In this document: piece by piece, positions 21,626 through 32,637 of the stretch | How positions within the stretch are numbered: the first letter of the stretch is position 1 | Layout of the letters: every line of letters starts with the position of its first letter | Assembly: GCA_028534125.1 (NCBI GenBank) | Contig: CM052816.1 | Coordinates: 40,364,001 to 40,428,000 of the forward strand | Length of the DNA stretch: 64,000 nt | Source of the DNA: Lama glama | Lineage: Eukaryota | Direction of reading: 5' to 3' | The notes under the pieces: model-generated | Seen by the model: only the letters and a program-made list of their open reading frames with translations | Database searches by the model: none | Told to the model about the DNA's origin: nothing | Program-made: the position numbers and the translations under genes

Positions 21626-21939
21626 ACAGAGTACTCTGAGGGCATGCCTGAGTGTGTCTGTCTGTCTGTCTATATCTATCTGTCTGTCTGTCTATCAATA
21701 GAATAAATAAAATCAATAGAATAAATGACTAAACTCAGCTCCTACCTTTAACAGTACAACCTCTGACCCATGATTGGCCATTTCACTAAAGCTAAGGGCA
21801 TGATTTGAAAGAAGTGATGTGGCCAGAACAGTATTATATCATATGATTTCTTTAGCTAGCATTTTACATGTTTTGAGCTCTTCCTTCCTAATTACTAATA
21901 TATCTATTTGTTTTTAATCTAGAAATATACATAATTTTG

Positions 21940-22405
21940 CTAACTGCATTCCTTATGTAATCTCCTTACCTGTGACTTGCTTTTAACTTGTAAACTATGG
22001 AGAAAATGTTGTCATTCCTATGATCACATTACATTTTAGAAGACTGTCTTGCTAGCAGTCTTGCTCCCAGTCTACTGTGACCTTGAGTAAGCAAACTGCC
22101 CATGAAAGGGGTCACATGGCAGGAAACTATGGGTGACCTCTATCTGGGAGCTGAAGGTGGTCTCTAGCTGACAATAAACAAGAATCCAGAGCCAGCAGTC
22201 GTAGTTTGGAAGCTGGCTCGTCCCCAGTCAAGTCTCCAGGTGAAAACAGAGCCCAGGTGGACAGCCCTGAATGCAGCCATGTGAGAGACCCTTTCAAAGA
22301 ATTCAAACTTTGCCTGGACAAAAAACTATGAGATTATAAAAGTGCATTGTTTTAAACCTCTTGAGTTTTTGCTAATTTGTTATGCAGCAATAGAAAACTA
22401 ATACA
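21940..22405 (+). mobile_element. ERVL-MaLR solo LTR (MLT1F-like)
   Basis: GGGTCACATGGCAGGAAACT, CCCCAGTCAAGTCTCCAGGTGA and GCAGCCATGTGAGAGACCC, with terminus AATTTGTTATGCAGCAATAGAAAACTAATACA. Confidence 0.8.
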
Positions 22406-23614
22406 CAGGTAAATATCCACTTTACTTAACATCCAAATTAAAAAATGTTCAAATTTGGCCTTGTTTGTTGTTCTTTAAGGGCTAATTTTTACATAAAGCC
22501 TATCCAAAAAAGCAATAGTTTTATGCTTTGTGAGTAAATGGAAATGTATACATTTCTTGCATTACACATTTTCCAGACAGCCACATATTTTCATATATTA
22601 TACTTCAGATCAAGGCAGAAGTCCTATTTAATTAGCTTCAGGAATAGAAGACTTAATTGAAACAATTTGAAAATTATTACTTCCTCAGTCCTGTGTTCAG
22701 CACTTAGGCCTGACATGACATATGTGGTTACAACCTTATTTCTTCTGAAATAATAGGAAATCATCACTTTCACTTTTATTTTATAAAGTATTGTGAATTT
22801 ATAATGGCTAATCTCTTCAAGTTAATTATGTATTTAACCTGAAATCGTTTTAAATATATGCATAGTTCTTCATGTTTTAGGCCAAGGATATGTGTTCTAT
22901 TCAACTATCCCAGGATGAAATCAGTGAAACAAAGAACTAGAACCAGTTTGTGCTGTTTGTAGGCCATAGGAAAAGAAAAAATTAATACTAAGAGTTCATA
23001 TTTTGAGGTTCCTTACAGAAGAATCATTGATCATTTTAGCTCATCAAAATATATCAATTATAATTTACAAGTTTTGTCTTTTTCTGTTATAAAATTATTT
23101 TAACAAAAAGTTGTTCTTAACATATTTTATTTTCATCTTCTATAAATATGGACACTATGCTCATTTTTATGTTGTGTGAAATGAATATCAGATGGTAAAA
23201 GATCATTTTGATGTGATTTTGACATTAAAGCATTCTGTACCCCTAAAATTAATCCTATGATGATAATGAGTTAGAAGCTCAGTGGAATTGCAAGGGAAAT
23301 ATTTGGAAAGAAAAGGCAACTGTATTATTGGGATTAATATTGCAAGTATTTCCAGTTATTTTCTCTTTAAAACGTTTTCATTTCTTTTTTATTTTCTTCT
23401 TTACTTTCTTTCCAAAATTAACATGTCTATTTGAAATGGAAGTTTCAAAATCAAGTCCTATAATGCCACATAGTGAGAGGCAGAGGTGAGCAGAGCTTAA
23501 TAAAGGTGCATCTGTTTTAAAAGAAAAAACAATTTCTGTTGTCTTTCACAATTACTCTGAGGAGAAAGAATGAGTGAATAGAGAAAGAGATTGTGAGTAA
23601 CATGCAAGATTTTA

Positions 23615-26600
23615 TTTTTATTCTTTCTTGACAGCTATTCATTTTGTCAGGTTGTACACCATAGTGTTTTTCTTTTAAAGGTGTACATCATGATGACTTA
23701 ATACACGTATGTTGTGAAATGATTACTACAATTAAGTTAATTACTACACCTATCACTGCACATAGTTATCACATTTTTATGGGTGGTAAGAATACAAGAT
23801 ATATTATCTTTGCAAATTTACAGTATTATTAACTATAATCACCATTCTGTACATTAGATGCCCAGAGCTTAATTCATTTTATAACTGAAAATTTGTACAC
23901 TTTAACTAACAATTTCCCATTTCCCCCACCCACCAGGCCTGGGAACTCACCATTTTACTTTCTGTTTGTAAGAGTTCAACTTTTTTAATTTTTAAAAATT
24001 ATTTTTTATTGTTTATTGAATGAAAATTTCTTTAAATTCTATAATGCTTTACAGAGTTCAAGCTTTTATTCTGCAAATAAGTGAGATCGTACAATACTTT
24101 TCTTTCTGTGTCTGGCTTATTTCACTTAGCATTATGTACTCCAAGTTCAACCATATTGTCACAAATGATAGGACTTCCTTTTTACTTATGGCTGAATATT
24201 ATTTAATTATATAATATACATAGATATATACATATATAAAATATTTTCTTTATTCATCTGTCATTGGGCACTTAGGTTGTTTCCATATCTTGCTTATAGT
24301 GAATAATTCTGCAGTGAATGTAGGAGTATAGATATTTCTTTGAGATACTGATTTCATTTCCTCTGGATATTCTAGAAGTGGAATTTCTGGATAGTGTTAT
24401 ACTTCTAGTTTTAATTTTTTGAAGAACTTGCATACTGTTTTTCTTAGTGGCTATACCAATTTACATTCCCACAGACAATATAAGGGTTTCCATTTTTCAT
24501 ATTCATATTCTTGTCAACACTTATTCTTTCTTCTCCTCAATACTAGCTATCCTAATGGGTGTGAGGTGATTTTTGATTGTGGTTTTATTTGCATTTCCCA
24601 GATGATTAGTGATGTTAAGTACCTTTTCATATACCTGTTGTACATCTGTATGTCTTCTTAGGAAAAATGTCTGTAGGTCTGTTGCCCATTTTCAATCAGG
24701 TTCTTTCTTTTTTTGCCATTGAGTTATATGAATTCCTTATTTATTTTTGGTATTAACCTCTTATCAATATATTATTTGCAAATAATTCCTCTAATTCCAT
24801 AGGTTGCCTTTCATTTTGTTGATTATTTCTTTTGATGTATGGAAGCTTTTTGGTTTAACTTAGTCCCACTTGTTTACTTTTGCTTTTGTTACCTGTGCTT
24901 TTGGTGTCATATCCAAAAATCATTGCCAAGACCAATATAAAGTAGATTTTGTTCTCCCACTTTATTTTTCTGGGAGTTTTAGAATTTGGGGGTATTACAT
25001 TTAAATCTTTAATCCATTTCATATTAAAATTTATGTATGGTGTAAACTAAGAGTCCTGCGTCATTCTTTTGCATGAGGTTACCCAGTTTATGAACACCAT
25101 TTATTGAAGAGACTTTCCTTTCTCTATCTTTCTTGGTGACATTGTTAAAGATTAGTTGACTATTTATGTATAGGTTTATTTCTGAGATCTGTATGTTCCA
25201 TTGATCTGTCTATTTACTTTTATGCCAGTGCCGTACTATTTTGATTAATCGTTGGTTAATAATTTGATTAAATCACCTAGTCATTTTGATTAAAAAGACT
25301 TTCTAATATAGTTTGAAATCAGAAAGTGTAACTTCAACTTTCTCCAACTTCGTGTTTCTTTCAGAAGATTGCTTTGGCTATGTGTGGTCCTTTTGGCTAT
25401 TTGTGGTTTCATATGAGTTTTATGATTGTATCTATGAAAAATGTCATTGTAAATTTGATAAGAATTGCATTGAATCTGTAGATCGGTTTGCACAGTATGA
25501 TAAGTTTAAAAATTTTAATTCTTCTAAACCATGAACAAAAGATATCTTTCCATTTATTTGTGTCTTCCTCAATTTATTTCACCAGTGTCTGATAGTTTTG
25601 AGTATGGAGGTCTTTTACCTCCTTGGTTTAATTTATTTCTAAATATTTCATTCTTTTTCATACAATTGTAAGTGGGATGTTTTCTTAATCTTATTTCATA
25701 GTTTGTTGCTTGTGTATACAAGTGCACCTGATATTTATATAATTAATTTTGTATTCTGTAACTTTACTGAATTTCTTTGTCAGTTCTCTTGAGTTTTTGG
25801 TGAAATCTTTAGGATTTTCTCTATATAAGATCATGGCATCCACTAAAAGAGACAATGTAACTTCTTATTTTCTGATTTGCATGTCAATTATTTCTACTTC
25901 TTAACTTCTTGGGCTAGGAATCCCAGTACTATTTTGAAAAGAATAGAAGTAAAGTTGAAAATGATAGAAGTGGTGAAAATGGATACTCTTGTTTTCTTCC
26001 TGATTGTAGGGGAAAAGCTTTCAGCTTTTCACCATTGAATATGATGTTAACTGTCATATGACGTACTTGTCATATATGGACTTTATTATATTTACATTTA
26101 TCCTTCTATACCTAATTTGTTGAGAGTTTTTGTTTGAAAAGGATGTTGAATTTTGCCAAATGCTTTTTCTATCAATTGAAATAATCATATGGTTTTTATT
26201 CTTCATTGTTAATATGTGGCATCAAGTTTATTGATTTGCATACGTTGAACTATCTTACTATCTTTGTATTCCAGGAATAAATCCTACTCTATATGGTGTA
26301 TGATTCTTTTAATATGCTGTTGAATTTGGCTTGCTTATATCTTATTGAGAATATTGGCCTGTAATTTTCTAATAGTGTCTTTTACTTCCTTTGTTATCAG
26401 GATGATGTTGATTTCATAAAATAAGTTTGAAAGTGTTCCCTACTTTTCAATTTTTTGGAAGAATTTGAGAAGAATTGGTATTAATTCATTTTTAAGTGTT
26501 TGCTAGGATTCACCTGTGAAGCCAGCTAGTTCTGGGCTTTTCTTTGTTAGAGGTTTTTGTTTTCTGCTTCAATCTCCCTACTTGTCATTAATTAGTCTGC

Positions 26601-27270
26601 TCAGATTTTCTGTCTCTACATGGTTCAGTCTTGGTAGGTCATATGTTTCTAGGAATTTAGCCATTTTTTATCAGTTTTCCAATTTGTTGGTGTACAAGTG
26701 TTCATGGTAATCTCTTATGATCCTTTCTAATTTTGTTGTAACAGTTACAATGTCTCTTCTTTCATTTATAATTTTATCTGAGTTCTTTGTCTTTTTTTTC
26801 TTAGTCTAGCTGAAAATTTGTCAATTTTGTTTATCTTTTCAAAAAAAACCCAACTTTCAGTTTTATTGACCTTTTCTATTGTCTTTCTAATCTCTATTTC
26901 ATTTATTTTTGACCAAAGTTGGAGGACTTGTTAGCTGTGACATGGGCAAGTGTGACTCTTGGATGGTTCCTGGGCAGATGGTGCTGGTGGTAAGACCAAG
27001 GTCAAACAGGGATATAACTGAATCCATAGGGTGATGGGACTATTTGCAGGTCTGTATTTGGGACCACAGTTGACAAACCTGTCAGGTGGGCATGGGTCTG
27101 CCATCTCAAAAAGCTCTCCTCAGTCTTGGGCTCCACTGGGTTTCACAGTCTCCTACTTGGATCCCAAAGCTCCCACAAAGTCACTTTTGTCTGTAGATAC
27201 GCTGTCAAATTATTGATGCTGACAAAGGATATCTGTGGGGGACTTTCTGTTCTACCATCTTTCTGTATTC
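23615..27270 (-). mobile_element. LINE-1 (L1MA9-like) retaining both termini with a large internal deletion
   Basis: 3' UTR and ORF2 antisense from 23615 to ~26911, then a GC-richer 5' UTR piece ending TTCTACCATCTT. 16-bp TSD AACAT(G/A)CAAGATTTTA at 23599-23614 and 27271-27286. Confidence 0.88.
23985..24052 (-). mobile_element. Short orphan retroposed poly(A) fragment of unknown source
   Basis: Minus strand GTAAAGCATTATAGAATTTAAAGAAATTTTCATTCAATAAACAATAAAAAA plus A-rich tail. TSD AGAGTTCAA(G)CTTTT at 23971-23984 and 24053-24067. Confidence 0.65.
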
Positions 27271-28137
27271 AACATACAAGATTTTAGTTGGAGATGATAG
27301 TCACTCAGAACGTAATAGCTGTTGTAGTGTCCACTTTCTCAGCGTTATTGAAGGATGTAGTTTAAAGGTTATGTTGTTAAGGTGGGGAACAACAAGGAGA
27401 ATGTAAGCAAGTGGATTAGACTGAAGCTTTGTTATTTCTTTTCAAAGGATATTATGGTGTTTCTTAATACCTAGGCTGCTTACAAAATAATCTCAGTGAT
27501 GAAAAACATTGAAAAGTGGTGGCAGGAAAAAGTCTTCATGAGGGTGAGTGAGAATCAGCCAGTGTCAGTTTGCATTTTTCCAAAACCAATAGAACTGATT
27601 AGAGAGAGGGAAAGTCATGATTATATTACATATACCATTCTACATTTTCATGCATTTTTCTAGGTCATTTACTTGAAGAGAGATTTCAGCAAAAGCAAAT
27701 ATATCTCATTTCATTTAGGATGCCAAGGTGGTGTGACATGTCTGCAATTGGGGTAATATTGGTGGAATAACACAATTCAATACTTGATAAATATTATTTT
27801 CTGAAGCCAAAGGAATTTAAAGTTTGAGTATTAGAAAGTCCATTGTAGAAAAAAAAAAGACAGAAAGGAAAACCGTGATGGATATAAAGATAAATTATTC
27901 AAATTTAAAGGAATGATAATAAATTAAGCCACTTAACACTTCACCATATTCAATTATAAAATATTACAAGACTCTGAAATGATAATGTATTTGAGCAAAG
28001 AAAACTAACATTTTTAAATGACAGCATTTTTAGTAAAAATATTGAATATCAATGATCCTATAATAATGTTTTTTGAAACAATCTTTTTCAGAAGAATGTA
28101 AATCAACATATGAGTAGTTTAAACAAGTTTAACTGTC

Positions 28138-28300
28138 ATAGAATATATGGAAAGGAAGAGAATTTAGAAATGATCTAATGATATTTTCTCATTCGGTCAG
28201 TGAATAAACTGAGGCCAAGGATAATCAGTGACTCATCCTAAAGTACTAATTGTGGCCATCAGAACAAGGATTCTAAGCACCTGACCTGAACTCTATGCTC
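28138..28300 (-). mobile_element. MIR/MIR3 remnant
   Basis: TTAGAAATGATCTAAT...TAAACTGAGGCCAAGGA...AGTGACTCATCCTAAAG. Confidence 0.6.
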
Positions 28301-30419
28301 TTAATCTGTATTATGCAACAGTAATTATTTAATGCTTCTTATTATGAGAAAACTGAATATTTTATAGCTCTAAATTTGATACTTACATATCAGGATTTGT
28401 AAATTTTGTGAGCAGGTAGAAGATAACCTATTTACAACAATGAATCTGTATATGTTTCCTATAAACACAGACCTGTATGTATACAAATATATTGTATAAA
28501 CTATAGATCTCTATATTTGTAACAAATATATTTATAAAACCCCTTTGATCTGTTACATAAGGTTACTAGTCTTAATATTTAAAAAGAAATAATTATCCGA
28601 AGGATGAATAGCACTGTGTGACTATTTCTTCTATTCATTTCATGAGTTATCTCATGAGATCCTATATACTAGGTGGATAATCCTGGCATGTGATAGATGT
28701 TAGGACAACTAGATGTACTAGTAATTGATTAATGACAATCAGTTATTGGTAATGATATTTATAATTTATTGACAGATGTTATACTTCAGGAAAAACATAT
28801 TTAACTGTGTACAGATTCATTATGACTCTTACTCATTATTTTTTCTGAAAAATTTGAATGAGGATTTATAAAACTTGTGTAACAAATTTTGTTAGAATAT
28901 ATCTTGAGATGATAGTTTTGTTAGTATTAGATACAGAGTCCAGAAATTCTATAGATAGAGAAGGAATATACTGAATATGATTAAATAAAATGTAACAGAA
29001 ATAAGTATAAGACCCTCTATTTGCACTAAAAAAGAGAAATAAATACCAGTGCCATAATTTCTGCAAAAAAAAAGGTATTTTAGTTAGCCATTAATTAACT
29101 CACTATGGGGTGTTTAAGTGAATTATTGGTCCATTTTTTTTGCTAAGTCTTCTCTTAATTAATAAAACAGTAAATGAAAGTTGCAGAACACTAAGAGATA
29201 GGTACCAATAAAAAAGTTTTTCAAGATAAATCTCATAATAAGGTATTATTTATGATTTTATCTGCTTTAAGTTGCCAGTTTCTTTAATCTATTTCATGTA
29301 TACATTCACAAGCAGAGGACATGTAGAATAAAACTAATGAGCTCACAGAAAGTTTCTCCAGTCTTCCCCAAATCCATTTATCAGTTGCCTGCCTTACTAA
29401 GATAATAAACAGAGATGACCCAATTGCAACCTCTGCTTTCCCATTTGAAAGGAGGCATCCTCTATCTTTTACAGAGATTTTATTAAGTAAAAAATGCAAA
29501 TCCTCATGTCATACAACAATATTTAAAGTCAAAGAGCATCTCACATTTCTGTTTCATCCTTCTGTAATTTTTATACTAATTATCTCATTGGAAGTAGACA
29601 GCCTAAACCTTATGTTGCCACTCTCCTAGTAAAGTAAATAGAAATAATTTGTATGAATTGGTAGTGATGCTCATCCTTGTTTTTGTCTATAAGTTCATAG
29701 TATTTTGGTTAGCTCCTGGTATTAAATTTAAGGAGAGACCGTAATAAACAGGAGAACAGTCAGGTGATAATGATAGGATAGAAGAATGTGCTGAAATAGC
29801 GTGACCATGAAAAATAATTGAAGGATATTTGTCTGAGTGTGTGTGTTATGGCAGCTGCCTTCAAACGTATTTTTATACAACTTTAAGAGTAGAATTAATG
29901 GAATTAGGCTTTACCATCATAAAGTATAGTGAGGCAGAAACAAAATTAAGGACCTATGTAACAGAGAAGTCTATAACATGGGCAGGGTCAGGGTTTGAAA
30001 ATGTGATTATGGAAAGAAAGGGTTTTTGCAGAGGCTTGATGGTCATTTTTCAGGATGCTGATTCTTTAGCAATAGATGTTTCTTTCCTTTAAGCTCAGAA
30101 ATTCTACGATTCTGTGTTTCTTAGTACTATTCTTCATCCAGCATATAGGCTGATGCAGAATTTATTTGGCACAGAATTGTAATTCTTATATATTATCTGT
30201 GAAACTGGAGATAAAGAAACATGAAGAATTTAAATGAAAACTCCTGTGCTGCTTTATTCAGATTAGGAGTGAGCCTCTTCTGTGTTTCTTTTTAGTATGT
30301 GTATGTGTTATTAGTGTGCATATGCAGAGCAGGGAAGAGGTGAGCATATTGACACCTTATAAGTTGTAAACTCACCATTCTCTCTCCAGAGTCTAGGAAG
30401 TATTACACATTTGAAGAGT

Positions 30420-30720
30420 TATTTCCTTATGATATTTGGCCCAAATTTTCTCATTTTAAGTCAGTCCATTTGTTCATTTCATACCTTAATAATCTCTTCA
30501 GTGAAATGCTCAACAATTCTTTGTCCTCTCTTCTTATACCTTTCAAATATTTGTAGGCTTTTATCATCTTACCTTTTAGTCATCCTTTTGCACAGTTATA
30601 GAGACTTCGAGTCTTTTATCTTCCTTCGTAAGTCAAAACCTATATTCCCTTAATCATTTCTGTTACGCTTCTCTGAATTTCCTTTACAAGTCTTTTATCT
30701 ACAGTGCTCTGGTACTGAGA
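30420..30720 (-). mobile_element. Ancient CR1/L3 LINE fragment
   Basis: CCTTTCAAATATTTGTAGGCTTTTATCAT and CCCTTAATCATTTCTGTTACGCTTCTCTGAATTTCC resemble antisense CR1 RT 3' sequence. Confidence 0.55.
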
Positions 30721-32604
30721 TGGCTAAAGTCAAGTCTTTAACAATAAGAAAAGATGAGCAGTAAACCTGGTCTTGAGGCTCTCTACATTGGGAAGTAAAG
30801 AGGGTTATTGTTTCTCTGTGCTATATTATTCTATAGAGCATAGAAGGACTGAAGTTTCTTCAAAATCTCTTGGTTAGAGGGAGAATCAACAGTGGTAAGG
30901 CAGATTTTTATTTTTCTTTGTCATTCTCTGAATCTGGTTCCCTGTGCTGTATTTCTTGTCAAAGTATTATTCATGCTTTCTGGTTCTAATTTGATGATCA
31001 GTGTTTAAGTGTATTCAATTCCTAGTTTCCCTTTTCCTTTTATTTAGCACTATTTATTTTAAATTATAACTTGGATTCAAACATTTCATAAGATGATACT
31101 GAAATATAATCTAATAAAGTGTGAAATATGGGAAGTTTCAGAATAAAAAAGGTAGGTGTCTTAAAGGAGTAAATTTAATTACATTCTGTATATTCAGCAC
31201 AATTAAAAGTAGCCACTTCAATTTTAGAATTCCTTTTTTGGTGTTTACAACTGGAAGAAGAAGGGATGCAGTATTTCCTCTTTTTTTCCCCCTTACATTT
31301 CTTTTAAAGTAGCTTGTGAATATCAGCTCTGATATTTCCAATTTTCATCAGCTCACACATCCTAGAGCCATTATTTCATTTTATTACGGGCTTTTTTCTT
31401 CTCTGCCCCATAGTCAAATTCTCTCTACATTTTAAGTCTAGGTTCCCAAAAGACATTAATATCTTTGCTTGAAACCTGACTTTTTCTTTCACTGACCATT
31501 TTCTCTTCTTCAGCATTGTCATTTTCTGATCTCTAAGCCAAAGGGAAAAGTCATCGAACTATGAAATCATTGGAGAATTGAAAAGCTAGGGGTTCTTCTT
31601 TAAGTACTACCTTAGGAATTAAGAGTTAAATTTCTTATAGCTGTCTCTTATACTTTGAACTAGCAATCAGTTCTTATGTGCAACTAAAACAAAAAAATAC
31701 ATAGTTTCTGTAGTGATAAGATAAATTTACGATGTGATGAAAAATGAATGTAGTCAATATGTACATGAATGACCATGTTAATATTTCAGTGACTTAATTT
31801 ATTTCAAGCAATGTTGGAAATCATGAACTGAAGCAGAGTTTTATGCATATTTTTTGATGCAGGAGAATGAGACAACCAATTTAAGTACTTCCTTCAGGTA
31901 TGAGGGTTCCTCATTGTTATTTGTTATGTTTGTAATCCAGTTTACCTGGATATGATATAAACTTGTTTGGAAGAGTTGGAACTAGCTTCAGTTTTAAAAC
32001 CATAGTCTATAGTTGAAGCTATGGTATACTTTGTAATTCACCATATATGTGTATATACACATACATACACACACACAAATACACAAAGGGTTAAACAAGT
32101 TCAAAGCAGGCAGTATACATATCAGGTAATTAGGACTAATATGTTGTTTGGAACTGAAGTCAAATCCTTTTAATTGGCACATCTCAGTGGGAATAGAAAT
32201 ACAAACTTGTAATTAGGTGATTGGCCTGATTATCAAAGCTGCATTGGCATAGATTGTGCAGAGACTCTCTTTTATTTTTTGGAATGAGTTTCTCAAACAA
32301 CTATAGCATTATAAGGGGGATGCATTGAACAGCCATAATAGGGCTTTGATGTTGCATAAAATGAACAAATTGTATACGAAGTGAATCATCTAAATCCGCT
32401 AAAGCTATTTCAAAACTATATGTGAGAATCAGTATTTTAGAAGTAAAAATGCCTGTGCTATTTTAGTAAAATAATCAATGTTTAAAATTTATAATAAGTT
32501 AGATATATTGAACTAAATCCTCTGCCAATAAAATGAATTTGAAGTAGGTTTGTCATTATTAAGCTCCTAGCAGTTTCAACTCTGATCTGTATTCAGGAGT
32601 CCAA

Positions 32605-32637
32605 CCACGTCACTGTGCGTCATGCAGATCAAGGTCA
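32605..32637. promoter_or_regulatory. Candidate enhancer core: CCACGTCA, TGCGTCA and TCAAGGTCA motifs
   Basis: UPRE/CRE-like CCACGTCA (32605-32612), CRE variant TGCGTCA (32616-32622) and perfect NR5A/ERR site TCAAGGTCA (32629-32637) within 33 bp of non-repetitive DNA. Confidence 0.4.

Noticed and set aside
31885..31905. Recursive splice site-like CCTTCAG|GTATGA (similar at ~50660-50675)
   Set aside because: The tract is short, no host gene is known, and such motifs are expected by chance in 64 kb.
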